Below are positions 19,770 through 29,304 of a stretch of 64,000 nucleotides of DNA, one piece after another. This DNA comes from a virus (Duplodnaviria > Heunggongvirae > Uroviricota > Caudoviricetes): the IMG/VR virus record IMGVR_UViG_3300021399_000116, positions 40,796 through 104,795 of that record; one strand, 5' to 3'. Every line of letters begins with the position of its first letter. Positions within the stretch are counted from its first letter, which is position 1. The translations under genes were made by a program, and so were the position numbers. The notes under the pieces are model-generated. The model had not been told where the DNA came from, made no database searches, and was given only the letters and a program-made list of their open reading frames with translations.

Positions 19770-20059
19770 TGTATATTCAAACAAAGTATAATATAGGAGA
19801 TAGAATTTGGGTAGTTTATGAACAAATGCTTTACACTGAACATTACAGAGGTCCAGCTGGAGAAGTTACAGTATATTCAACAAAAATAGTAGATATATTA
19901 TTCCCTAAAAGTGGGAAAATAGAGTACGGAACAGACACAGAAGGAGGAGATTCTATCTTAGAAGAAGATATAATTTTGTATGATGATTTAGATTTATTAG
20001 CTAAAAGAGTAAAAGAATTGGATGATAAAATAAGAAAAAGAGAGGAGAATGAGGAATGA
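19769..20059 (+). CDS. Hypothetical protein
   Basis: 96 aa, ATGA overlap downstream. Confidence 0.3.
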   Translation: MYIQTKYNIGDRIWVVYEQMLYTEHYRGPAGEVTVYSTKIVDILFPKSGKIEYGTDTEGGDSILEEDIILYDDLDLLAKRVKELDDKIRKREENEE

Positions 20060-21090
20060 AATTAGTATTTGTGGGAGATACTCATTTAACTCCAGTGTCT
20101 CCGTCTTCTCGTAAAGAGACAAATGAAGAATATAGAGATTTAGAGTTTAAAAAGCTAAAATATATTTATGAAAATATAGCTTCAGAAAAGAATGATAAGG
20201 TTATAATTACAGGAGATGTTTTTCATTCTTCTTCATTATCCATGATGGCTGGAACTCCTAAGTTTTATAACGACATAATAGACTTAATGAGTACAAGAGA
20301 GACATACTCTATTATTGGAAATCATGATATGTATTATAGAAATGAAGATAGTGAAAATTCTACTATTTTAGCAAATTTATTTAAAACTAGCGTACAACAC
20401 TTAGACAAAGTAGAATTTAATACACAATCTTATAGGTATGATAGTAACTTTGGAGTAAATCAAGTATTTAATAGAACAATAAGACTTTATGGTGTAGATT
20501 ATATGAAAGACTTCCCTAAGTTACATTTTGTAGATGATGCATATAATATTATAGTAACACATTCATTTTTTGAAGATAATTTTTATGGAGCTAAAGGTAA
20601 TGAAAACCTAACAATAGAAGCAATACAAAATATTTTAGGAAAATATGATGCAGTAGTTTTAGGACATGACCATTCACCATATCCAATTATAGATATAGAT
20701 AATACTCTTACACATAATAGTAAGACTAAAATTATTAGACCTGGAAGTTTGATGAGAGGAACTTCTCATACTTGTCAAGTAAACAGAATACCTCAGGTTG
20801 CAGTATTTGATACAAACACTTTAAATTGGGAATATGTTCAAATTCCAGTAGCTCCAGGACAAGAAGTATTTAAAGAGAAAGTAATTTTAGAAAAAGAATT
20901 AGATGTAAATATGGAAACTATTTTAAAAAATATAGATAGCTATGATAAATCAGTTGGCATTTATAACTTTATAAAATCTCAAGAGACTAGAGGTAAAGAA
21001 GTATTCGGAGATAGATATTATGACATAATAAATTTAATAAAGCAGTATCTAAATAGCTTTGGCTTTATAGAAAATGGAGGGAATAAATGA
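20056..21090 (+). CDS. sbcD: SbcD/Mre11-like nuclease (calcineurin-like phosphoesterase)
   Basis: Phosphoesterase motifs I-V are present: LVFVGDTHL, ITGDVFH, IGNHDM, THSFFE and GHDHSPY. Confidence 0.8.
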   Translation: MKLVFVGDTHLTPVSPSSRKETNEEYRDLEFKKLKYIYENIASEKNDKVIITGDVFHSSSLSMMAGTPKFYNDIIDLMSTRETYSIIGNHDMYYRNEDSENSTILANLFKTSVQHLDKVEFNTQSYRYDSNFGVNQVFNRTIRLYGVDYMKDFPKLHFVDDAYNIIVTHSFFEDNFYGAKGNENLTIEAIQNILGKYDAVVLGHDHSPYPIIDIDNTLTHNSKTKIIRPGSLMRGTSHTCQVNRIPQVAVFDTNTLNWEYVQIPVAPGQEVFKEKVILEKELDVNMETILKNIDSYDKSVGIYNFIKSQETRGKEVFGDRYYDIINLIKQYLNSFGFIENGGNK

Positions 21091-21404
21091 CACTTCAAAA
21101 CTTGAAAGATGAAATTACTGAAAAAGGTGAAATTCCTATGTATGGTATGAAATTTAGACTTCTAGATGATGATTTAGTTAGGATTTTTATTTCTAATAAT
21201 AAATTTGAAATGAGATATGATAAATTTGTAGGTACATCAGACCTAGGTTTTTCAACTAATATTATGAAGACAGAGTTAACTAAATTAACTATAGAGAAAG
21301 ATGAAAAACTTCCTCATAAGATGATTTTAGTAATTGATTTAAGACCTAAGAAAAAGAAGAAAGTAATTGATACAGGAATAAATGCAAGAATGAAATTAAA
21401 TTGA
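21087..21404 (+). CDS. Hypothetical protein
   Basis: 105 aa. Confidence 0.3.
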   Translation: MTLQNLKDEITEKGEIPMYGMKFRLLDDDLVRIFISNNKFEMRYDKFVGTSDLGFSTNIMKTELTKLTIEKDEKLPHKMILVIDLRPKKKKKVIDTGINARMKLN

Positions 21405-21418
21405 TTGGAGGTAATATT

Positions 21419-22585
21419 ATGAAAGCTTTGGCAATGTATATATTTTGTGGAAGCTTAGGAATAGGAATAATGCAAGCAGGTTTTAAGATAGATAAAGTAT
21501 TAGAAATAACTGATGAAATGTTGGAAGAAAATTCTAAACACTTTATTCATAACTATCCAGATATTCCCGTAATAAAGCCTTCATTATGGAATAATACTAT
21601 TTATAAGAATGAATTATTCAAAGAAAATTATGATTTATTAGCAGGTAATCCACCTTGTTCTGGACTATCTCAAATAAATAGACATGCTTCTTCAGACAAT
21701 CTTACAAATCAATATATGTATAATTTTATAGATACAGTATCTTATGTACAACCTAAAACATTCCTAATGGAGAATGCTCCAACTTTAATTAGTAGAGGCA
21801 AAGTAATTTTAGACTATATGGTATCAATTCTTAGCAGTGATTACTACATATACATAATAAGAGACTATGCTGGAAATCATAAAGTTCCAATGAAAAGACA
21901 AAGAACAATAGTACTTGGTTTTAGGAAAAATTTCTTTGAAGGAGTTCCAGTCTTAAAAGATTATGAAGAAGTTACAGGTGAAATTACTGCTGGTGAAGTT
22001 TTATCAGAGATTTCTGAAAATTCTCCTAATATGTATTTAGAAGAGAATAGAAGTTGTAAAGATTTAGAGAAATATTTAGAATATATACAAGTAAATAAGT
22101 CAATAATGCATTCTTTATCAGAATTTTCTGAAGATTTCATAAATAATTTAGATATATCTGAAAAAAGAAAGAAAAATATTTTAACTTTAAAAAGAAAGAT
22201 GAATGCTGGTAAAGGAGTATTTGATAAAACACCGTTTAAACTTGATAAAAATTTGGTAGCTCCTAGTATGACATCTTTATCAGAATTTATAAATCCAGTA
22301 TATGACAGACATTTATACATAAGAGAATATGCAAAACTTATGGGATATCCAGATGATTTTGAATTTGTAAAAGATGCAAAAGTTCCATACATTCAGTCTA
22401 TAGCTCAGGGAGTTCCGGTGAATTTTGCAAAATGGGCAGCTATGAATGTAAAAGATGCTCTAGAGAAGAAGTCTAAATTTTTAAAAGACATAGATATTGT
22501 AGTAGAAAATAGATGTAATCCTAAGAAGATAAAAACAATGTTTTATTCTAAGGAGAAATTTTTCAATACTGATAATATATGCTAA
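21419..22585 (+). CDS. DNA (cytosine-5)-methyltransferase-like protein
   Basis: The track begins at 21401, but RBS GGAGGT precedes the ATG at 21419. Motif I-like MYIFCGSLGIG, motif IV NPPCSGLS (PC catalytic Cys) and ENAP (ENV-like). Confidence 0.65.
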   Translation: MKALAMYIFCGSLGIGIMQAGFKIDKVLEITDEMLEENSKHFIHNYPDIPVIKPSLWNNTIYKNELFKENYDLLAGNPPCSGLSQINRHASSDNLTNQYMYNFIDTVSYVQPKTFLMENAPTLISRGKVILDYMVSILSSDYYIYIIRDYAGNHKVPMKRQRTIVLGFRKNFFEGVPVLKDYEEVTGEITAGEVLSEISENSPNMYLEENRSCKDLEKYLEYIQVNKSIMHSLSEFSEDFINNLDISEKRKKNILTLKRKMNAGKGVFDKTPFKLDKNLVAPSMTSLSEFINPVYDRHLYIREYAKLMGYPDDFEFVKDAKVPYIQSIAQGVPVNFAKWAAMNVKDALEKKSKFLKDIDIVVENRCNPKKIKTMFYSKEKFFNTDNIC

Positions 22586-22628
22586 AAGCATATTATTATA
22601 TATAAAATATTTAAAAGGAGGAACCATT

Positions 22629-22907
22629 ATGGATAAAATGGGAAAAACAGAATTTATTGATGCTGTTGCTAACAGAGCAGGAGTTACAAAGAAAGATACT
22701 TATGCAGTATATGAAGCAATAGTTTCAGAAATTACTGAACAATTAGCTAACAGAAGAAAGGTTTCACTAGTTGGTTTTGGTAACTTTGAAGTAAGACATA
22801 GAAGCGCTAGACGCGGTGTAAATCCAACAACTAAAGAGAAAATAGATATTCCTGAGAAGGATGTTCCTAAATTTAGCTTTAGCTCAGCTATAAAGAACTC
22901 AATCTAA
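22629..22907 (+). CDS. hup: HU/IHF-family DNA-binding protein
   Basis: 92 aa. TEFIDAVANRAGVTKKDT...LVGFGNFEVRHRSARRGVNPTTKEKIDIPEKDVPKFSFSSAIK aligns along its whole length with bacterial HU. Confidence 0.9.
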   Translation: MDKMGKTEFIDAVANRAGVTKKDTYAVYEAIVSEITEQLANRRKVSLVGFGNFEVRHRSARRGVNPTTKEKIDIPEKDVPKFSFSSAIKNSI

Positions 22908-22924
22908 TTTAGAGAAAATTCAAG

Positions 22925-22965
22925 ATAGTGACATATTATATAATAAGATATGTCACTATTTTTGT
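22925..22965 (+). terminator. Rho-independent terminator after the HU gene
   Basis: 12-bp stem ATAGTGACATAT/ATATGTCACTAT with an 11-nt loop, followed by TTTTTG. Confidence 0.65.
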
Positions 22966-22982
22966 GAAGAAAGGAGGTAAAT

Positions 22983-24089
22983 ATGGAGGACTTAAATTAT
23001 TTAAGAACAGAATATAATTCTATAGTCTTAGAGAAAGATGAGCTTATAAAAACGTTAAACTTAGTTTCTAAAGTTTCTCATACTAATTCATCTTCTATAG
23101 AGTGTAGTTGTTTAACATTTATCCCAGACTGGAAAAGAAAGACTTTAACTTTAACAGTAACAAATGATTTAACATATTTTAAAAATAATGTAGAATTGTT
23201 AGGAGAAAGTGATAAAGCTCTTACAGATACATTTTCAATAAAAATAGAAACTCTTAATAAGATAAAGCAATTCTTTAGAAACAAGGTTCTAATTTATAAG
23301 AAAGAATCAGAATTTTATATTAGACTTTTAGATGGGGACTTATTAATACACACAGCAACTCCTAATATGCAGAGACTTTATTTTACTTCATCTATTAATT
23401 CTTTAGTTTATGAAGCAAATGTAGAAGATTTTTGTAATATTTTATCAATATATGGTAATATGTCAGATGATTATTCAGATAAATGGCTATCGTTTGATAC
23501 GGATAAAATAAGTTTGTGTGGTACAACTTTTTATGCAGAAACAAAAATTAAAACACCTCTTATGTGTCTACTTATGTCAGATATAGAGTTAATAATAAAA
23601 TTATCTCAGTATTACTCTTCAGACACTATACAAATTTTTTCAACAGATTCAGTAAATTCTATACCTAGGTTACAAATAAAAGTCGCAAACATAGAGATAG
23701 AAGTGTTAAACGTACTATCAAGCATTAATAAAACTACAATTAGTACTTTAACAACTTTTGTAGAAGAACCAACACACATAATAGAAACAGAAGCTGTGAA
23801 AAGAGTTATAAATATTGCTATGAGTTTAGTAGATATAGAAAAAGATTTAAGAATTAAAATTTCTGATAAAGGTATAGTAATTATATTAAGAAGTTCTAAG
23901 GGTGACTCAGAATTTAACCTGAATACACAGAAGTTAAAAGAAAGTAGCAAAAAAGAAGTAGTTTTAAGTGTAAATACATTAAATAAAATAATAGGTTCTA
24001 TAAATTCAGAGAAAATAGGAATTTGTTTAGGCAAAGTTTATACTAGCATTTCTTCTGAAAATACTAGAGCTATAATATTAAATAAGTAG
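22983..24089 (+). CDS. Putative DNA polymerase sliding clamp (beta-clamp-like)
   Basis: 368 aa, beta-clamp sized. The N-terminal pattern is DnaN-like, and a clamp loader gene lies 1.3 kb downstream. The assignment rests mainly on context. Confidence 0.4.
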   Translation: MEDLNYLRTEYNSIVLEKDELIKTLNLVSKVSHTNSSSIECSCLTFIPDWKRKTLTLTVTNDLTYFKNNVELLGESDKALTDTFSIKIETLNKIKQFFRNKVLIYKKESEFYIRLLDGDLLIHTATPNMQRLYFTSSINSLVYEANVEDFCNILSIYGNMSDDYSDKWLSFDTDKISLCGTTFYAETKIKTPLMCLLMSDIELIIKLSQYYSSDTIQIFSTDSVNSIPRLQIKVANIEIEVLNVLSSINKTTISTLTTFVEEPTHIIETEAVKRVINIAMSLVDIEKDLRIKISDKGIVIILRSSKGDSEFNLNTQKLKESSKKEVVLSVNTLNKIIGSINSEKIGICLGKVYTSISSENTRAIILNK

Positions 24090-24094
24090 AGAGG

Positions 24095-24457
24095 GTGAAG
24101 TATAGAATGAGTATGCCTTTAAGTGAAGAAGAAAAAGAAAAACTTAAACTAATTAGAAAAAAGTTTAATAAAAATATTGATTCAAATCTAACTACAGAAT
24201 TTATTGATAAAGTTATAGCAAATAAGATTATGTATGGAGCAAATATTTTAGATTATAATGAAGCAATCAATTTTTGTAAAGAAAAAGACTTAAATGCAAA
24301 TATTTTTAAAGCAATTTTATGTTATTCTATTAAAGGAGAGCCTAAAGTTTCTCAAAGTACGATAGGTAATTGGTTTAATGAAACTTCAGCATTAGGAGAT
24401 AAAGTAAGATATATGGTAACTAAATACTATGATGATATAATGAGGAGTAGAAAATGA
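24095..24457 (+). CDS. Hypothetical protein
   Basis: 120 aa. Confidence 0.3.
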   Translation: MKYRMSMPLSEEEKEKLKLIRKKFNKNIDSNLTTEFIDKVIANKIMYGANILDYNEAINFCKEKDLNANIFKAILCYSIKGEPKVSQSTIGNWFNETSALGDKVRYMVTKYYDDIMRSRK

Positions 24458-25138
24458 CTAAACATGAAACTTATAAAGCAATATTTGAATTGGGTAGACC
24501 TATAATAGAAGATTCCAGACATCCATATTTACATCTAGCATATAAACTAAAACTTAATAATTACAGAGTAATTACTGATGGAGAGCTGATGGTGAAAGGA
24601 AAAGATTTAGAAATTCCAGAATATATGAAAGAGTTTTTAAGATTTCATGGAGAAGCTTTAATGATAGCTAATATAATTAGTGAAAAAGTAATTTCTATAG
24701 TTCTTAGAAGTATAAATACTAAAAAAGAGTTTCAAAAAGTAGGAGTAATGAAGAATATGCTATACGGTTTGGGACAACTTTCAGACAATTTTAAGTTTCG
24801 GACAACCTATATTATTAGTAGAAGGACATTTAGATAGAGATACAATGTCTGAATTTTATCCTAATGTTTTAGCTCTTACAACAAATAAAATATCTAACAC
24901 TCAAAGAGATATTCTTAAATCTTTAAGCAATAAATTTATTTTAATGTTAGACAATGATGAAGCTGGCAGAATAGGAACTAAAGATGCTTATTATAAACTT
25001 AAAGGATGTAAAATTCAAGAGTTAAAGCATTTAGCTAATATGAAGGATGCTGGTGACTTAAACAAATTAGAATTTACTAATAAATCAGAGTATGATTGGG
25101 TAACTACTAACTATAAAATGCAGATTGAAATGTTTTAA
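24454..25138 (+). CDS. Toprim-domain protein (DnaG/OLD-type), interrupted by a +1 frame change at CGG 24799-24801
   Basis: Frame 1 (24454-24837) ends at TAG 24835-24837. Frame 2, open from 24752, reads GQPILLVEGHLDRDT...FILMLDNDEAGRIGT, which is Toprim motif 1 (conserved Glu) and motif 2 (DxDxAG) with canonical spacing. The only join is a +1 shift at the in-frame CGG codon (ttt CGG aca becomes ttt c GGA CAA). Confidence 0.6.
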
Positions 25139-25175
25139 AAACTTGCATACTATATAATAAGTAAAGGAGTTAATT

Positions 25176-25358
25176 ATGAAGACAGGAGATAATGTATTGT
25201 TCTATTATAAAAATAGAGCATACTCTGGAGAAATCACTAGTATAAATTTACAAATTCAAAACACTATTGTTTATAATGTAAGATGCGGTGTATCTAATGA
25301 ATTTGAAATTTGGAAAAATAAACTTACTGGAGAAATAGTTGATATTAAGAAATTATAA
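25176..25358 (+). CDS. Hypothetical protein
   Basis: 60 aa with RBS AAAGGAG. Confidence 0.3.
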   Translation: MKTGDNVLFYYKNRAYSGEITSINLQIQNTIVYNVRCGVSNEFEIWKNKLTGEIVDIKKL

Positions 25359-25376
25359 GAAGGAGAGAAGTAGATA

Positions 25377-26414
25377 ATGATTACACAAGAATGTAGACCT
25401 AAAACATTTAAAGAAGTAAGTGGACAGACTATTCCTAAGTCTGTTCTACAAGCAATTTGTAAATCACCGTCTACTTCACCTAGAACTATAATTTTAGAGG
25501 GAGAGTATGGCACAGGTAAGACTAGTTGTGCTAGAATATTTGCAAAAGCATTAAACTGTAAACATAGAACAAAAACTGGAGATGCTTGTGGAAAGTGTGA
25601 TAATTGTTTATGTGACATAGATAAATCTATGTTTTACGCAGAGTATGACTCTTCTGTAATTGGTAATATAACAGACATAAAAGAGCTTAAAGATACATTT
25701 TATTTTAATGAGTCTTTAGGATATAAAGTAGTTGTTTTAGATGAAGCTCATTTAATAACACCTCAAGCTCAGTCGACTCTTTTAAAATTATTTGAAGAAG
25801 GTGTAGAAGGAGTATTTTTTGTTCTTTGTACTACTAATTCTTCTAAAATTTTAAATACTATACGTTCTAGAGCTTTATCTTTAAGATTTGACTTGTTGAG
25901 TACTGAAGAAGTTGAAAAAAACTTAAAAAATATTTGTGAAAATAGTTTACAAATTGAAATAGAAAGTGATATAATCCAATTAATAGCAGAACAAAGTAAA
26001 GGTCATTTAAGAAATGCACACATGTTATTAGAACAATACAGACTGTTAGGTAGAGAAGAATTTACTAATTTATATAGAAGTTGTTCAGAGTTATATAAAA
26101 CATTTCTATATTTAGTGGTTACTAATAAATCTGAGCATTTACCAAGAGTAATTGAACTTTTACTAAGACATAAGTTAGCAGATTTAAAATCAGAATATGA
26201 GTTATTTGTATTAAATATAATAAAGATTTACTATAATAAAACACAGGTTGAAGATAAACAACTAAATTTAGTTTTGAATATATATAAAAATAGAAAAAAT
26301 AGTTTTATAGATGTATTAAATAATTATAGAAATTATGACATGTTTAACTCAGATACAAGATTTGCTTCACTTATGTGGCTATTAGCAGACAGACTACGAC
26401 AACTAATTTTGTAG
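25377..26414 (+). CDS. dnaX: Clamp loader ATPase, DNA polymerase III gamma/tau-like
   Basis: RPKTFKEVSGQ...LEGEYGTGKTSCARIFAKALNC...GDACGKCDNC...VVVLDEAHLIT...ILNTIRSRA matches the DnaX Walker A, zinc module, DExx box and sensor motif. Confidence 0.8.
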   Translation: MITQECRPKTFKEVSGQTIPKSVLQAICKSPSTSPRTIILEGEYGTGKTSCARIFAKALNCKHRTKTGDACGKCDNCLCDIDKSMFYAEYDSSVIGNITDIKELKDTFYFNESLGYKVVVLDEAHLITPQAQSTLLKLFEEGVEGVFFVLCTTNSSKILNTIRSRALSLRFDLLSTEEVEKNLKNICENSLQIEIESDIIQLIAEQSKGHLRNAHMLLEQYRLLGREEFTNLYRSCSELYKTFLYLVVTNKSEHLPRVIELLLRHKLADLKSEYELFVLNIIKIYYNKTQVEDKQLNLVLNIYKNRKNSFIDVLNNYRNYDMFNSDTRFASLMWLLADRLRQLIL

Positions 26415-26427
26415 GAGGAAGTAATGA

Positions 26428-26997
26428 ATGGTTTATTCATCTGTTGAAGGATTAATAGACAACATAGTAGAAGTAGTTCAAAAAATGTTTTTCTTTTATG
26501 TGTATGATGAGGACACTATAAATGATTTAAAGCAAGAAGGCTACTTAATGGCTTATGAATTATTAGCTAAAGGAGAGTATGACCCTAGTAGAAGTCTTAG
26601 AAATTATCTTTTTACTGGTGTAAGAAATGCAATGACAAACTTTATGTATAAAAAGAATAAAACTAAGAAAGATATTTCACATGACACTTTAGAATCAGCA
26701 GAATTTCAAGATTTCATGAATGTTACTGGAAATGATTATTATGTAGGAAAAGTTTACACTAGAATAGAATATCAAATAGGGAGTGATATTACAGTTGATG
26801 ATTTAAAAGAAGTTACAGATAAATACAAGAATTATGGCAAAAATCTTTTGGATAAATCAGAGAAAAAACTATCAGACAAACTAAATTTAGAAATTACAGA
26901 AGAAATAAAAATAGATGGAGAGGATGATACATTACCTATTGTGTATAATGTGATAATGGGAGAGGTTATATGGAACAAAGTAATGAGTTTGATATAA
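26428..26997 (+). CDS. Putative phage sigma factor-like protein (sigma-70 region 2-like)
   Basis: DLKQEGYLMAYELLAKGEYDPSRSLRNYLFTGVRNAMTNFMYKK resembles sigma-70 regions 2.1-2.4. No clear region 4 was seen. Confidence 0.45.
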   Translation: MVYSSVEGLIDNIVEVVQKMFFFYVYDEDTINDLKQEGYLMAYELLAKGEYDPSRSLRNYLFTGVRNAMTNFMYKKNKTKKDISHDTLESAEFQDFMNVTGNDYYVGKVYTRIEYQIGSDITVDDLKEVTDKYKNYGKNLLDKSEKKLSDKLNLEITEEIKIDGEDDTLPIVYNVIMGEVIWNKVMSLI

Positions 26998-27069
26998 GAG
27001 ATGAAAATCTTATACCTAGTGAGATAATAGAGAAGAAAATGATAAAGGGAGATAAAGAGAAAAAAGAAT

Positions 27070-27561
27070 ATGAGCCACGGCAGTTTAGTACTCTTTAGAA
27101 AGATGACACCAGAACAATATGATATATTTATACAACAACTTTCAGACTCAGTAGGCTACAAACTTGATTTACTTAAAAAAATAATATCTAATAGCATAAA
27201 AAGAGGAGAAGATGATAATATTTTATTCTTAAGAATATTGGACGCTTTTGCAGGAACAAGTATAAGCTTTCCTAAGAGAAGACAATCTTTTCAATATTTA
27301 GATAAAACTTTTATGTATACTAAGGCCAAGAACCATAATTTTACAGAAGATATTTATAATAGTATTGCAAAACATCATGATGAAAAATTAGCTGTAGTTA
27401 AAAATAGAGTTTTAAGAATTTCTAAGTTATTAGATGATGAAGAATATACTACTTTAGTTAGAGAACAAGATAAACTTAAGAAAAAGAGAAGAGAAGCTAG
27501 AGAAGAAAAAAGAAAACTAAGAGAGGCAAAAGAAAGAAAAGATAATGAAGAAAGTACATAG
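27070..27561 (+). CDS. Hypothetical protein with a basic coiled-coil C-terminus
   Basis: 163 aa. The C-terminus KKKRREAREEKRKLREAKERK is Lys/Arg-rich. Confidence 0.35.
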   Translation: MSHGSLVLFRKMTPEQYDIFIQQLSDSVGYKLDLLKKIISNSIKRGEDDNILFLRILDAFAGTSISFPKRRQSFQYLDKTFMYTKAKNHNFTEDIYNSIAKHHDEKLAVVKNRVLRISKLLDDEEYTTLVREQDKLKKKRREAREEKRKLREAKERKDNEEST

Positions 27562-27584
27562 TAATATATAAAGGAGGTAGAAAT

Positions 27585-28088
27585 ATGATAGTTTGTTTAG
27601 AAGGACCAGATGGCTCAGGAAAAAGTACTTTAGTAAGATATCTTCAAGAAAAATATAATATGAAAATGAAACATTCAAGTTCTGAAACTAAAAATGATTT
27701 TCAATATCATTTAGATTTATTAGAAGAAGACAATGTAGTCTTAGATAGAGCTAATCTTGGAGAAATAGTATATCCAGAAGTATATGGTAGAAATCCTAAA
27801 ATGACTTGGGATAATCAAATAGATTTTATGAATGCTTGCATGGACAAAGGTGTAATTTATATAATCTTTTACGCATCAGACTTTAATACTTTAAAAGAAA
27901 GATTATTTAAAAGAGGAGATACTCAACAAGTGCTAGAAAATGCAGAGAAAATAAATTTAGTATTTAAAACTTTAGCACACATGTTTTCAGAACTTTATCC
28001 TAATGTGTATGCATTAGATATTTCTAAGGAGTCAGACCAGATTAAATTTTTCGAAGATATTTTAAAGGAGAAAACAGATGGAGAATGA
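27585..28088 (+). CDS. Deoxynucleoside monophosphate kinase (thymidylate kinase-like P-loop kinase)
   Basis: MIVCLEGPDGSGKST is the Tmk/dNMP-kinase P-loop. 167 aa, sitting in the nucleotide-metabolism cluster. Confidence 0.6.
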   Translation: MIVCLEGPDGSGKSTLVRYLQEKYNMKMKHSSSETKNDFQYHLDLLEEDNVVLDRANLGEIVYPEVYGRNPKMTWDNQIDFMNACMDKGVIYIIFYASDFNTLKERLFKRGDTQQVLENAEKINLVFKTLAHMFSELYPNVYALDISKESDQIKFFEDILKEKTDGE

Positions 28089-28317
28089 GTTTTATGAACA
28101 TTTAGTAATTTCTGGGAGAGATGAGAATTTTCAAAACGATTTAACTAAAGCTTCTATAGCAGGTTGGGAAACAGTTCATATAAATTCTTTTCCAGTAGAA
28201 AAGCCAGATATGCTAAAACATGGCTATACTATAGAATTAATCTATACAGCAGTTTTAAGAAGATTAAGAAGCAGAGAGGAGTTAAAAGATGATAACAGAA
28301 AACTTGAAACAACATAG
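28078..28317 (+). CDS. Hypothetical protein
   Basis: 79 aa overlapping both neighbours. Confidence 0.3.
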   Translation: MENEFYEHLVISGRDENFQNDLTKASIAGWETVHINSFPVEKPDMLKHGYTIELIYTAVLRRLRSREELKDDNRKLETT

Positions 28318-29302
28318 AGAAGAACAGTGGACAGAACAATATTATAAAGAATCAAAAGAAATAATACAAAATAAAGATATACTTCCGATTGTTGTTCCAT
28401 CGTATAGAAGAGGATATGCTGCTTCTACTTTACAGGCTTTGAAAGATTTTCCTGAGTTAAAAGTAGTAGTATTTATATATGAAGAAGAGTTTGATTTATA
28501 TAGACATTTATTTGAAACATATCCTCATATACAATATCAACTATGCTCAGGATTTAGAGGAATTGCTCCTAAAAGAAAGTATATTACTGAAAGAATGGTA
28601 CAATTAGGAATGCCAGAATTTTTTGAGATAGATGATGATGCAACAGCATTTTTCTATACAAAACATGGTAGTATGAAAAAAGACCCTACAAAGTACAAAG
28701 CAGAGAAGACCCAGATTGACATACAAGACTTTTTCAGAATGTTCCAATATATTATTAAATATAAAGCGCTAGAAAAAATAGACTTATGCGGAATAATTTT
28801 TGATAACGGAGCTTGGGCTCAAGATTTAAGAACTTTACCTGATATTATTTATATCGGCGGACAAGCTTTTTGCTTTTATTTAGATGCAAAGGCTTGCTTA
28901 GACAAAGGATTGAACTATTATGTAGAAGATAAAATTTGGGAAGATTTTGATTTTTCAATGCAAGTAATAAATGCAGGGTTAAACTCTTGTCAAATAAGAT
29001 ATTTAACTGCTTCTACACCTACTATGACTCCCGGAGATTCAGTCGCTACTGCAGCTGGTTCACCTTGGGCACAGAAATCAGTAAATCTATATAAAAGATG
29101 GGGAGACTTGATTAGGTTTAAACCTATGAAGGGTGAGTTGAATGCTAAAATAAAATGGACTACTATTAGAAATCAACTTAAGAAAGACGGTCATTTAACT
29201 ATCACTTATAATCCAGTTTATATGGAGTTTATAAATAGAAATGATTATGATGGATTAACACATTATATAGAACAAGAAAAGAATAAAAATGAGGAGGTAT
29301 AA
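28289..29302 (+). CDS. Putative GT-A fold glycosyltransferase
   Basis: LPIVVPSYRRGYAASTLQAL resembles the GT2 N-terminal motif (IIPxYN), and EIDDDA is a DxD-like motif. The gene is adjacent to the dCMP hydroxymethylase. Assignment is weak. Confidence 0.4.
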   Translation: MITENLKQHREEQWTEQYYKESKEIIQNKDILPIVVPSYRRGYAASTLQALKDFPELKVVVFIYEEEFDLYRHLFETYPHIQYQLCSGFRGIAPKRKYITERMVQLGMPEFFEIDDDATAFFYTKHGSMKKDPTKYKAEKTQIDIQDFFRMFQYIIKYKALEKIDLCGIIFDNGAWAQDLRTLPDIIYIGGQAFCFYLDAKACLDKGLNYYVEDKIWEDFDFSMQVINAGLNSCQIRYLTASTPTMTPGDSVATAAGSPWAQKSVNLYKRWGDLIRFKPMKGELNAKIKWTTIRNQLKKDGHLTITYNPVYMEFINRNDYDGLTHYIEQEKNKNEEV

Positions 29303-29304
29303 TT

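Noticed and set aside
24752-24844. An independent start codon for the Toprim ORF in frame 2
   Set aside because: There is no ATG, GTG or TTG in frame 2 between the upstream stop (24749-24751) and 24845. The conserved Toprim glutamate (LVEGHLD) lies upstream of the first ATG, so the domain must be reached from the 24454 ORF by the +1 change at CGG.
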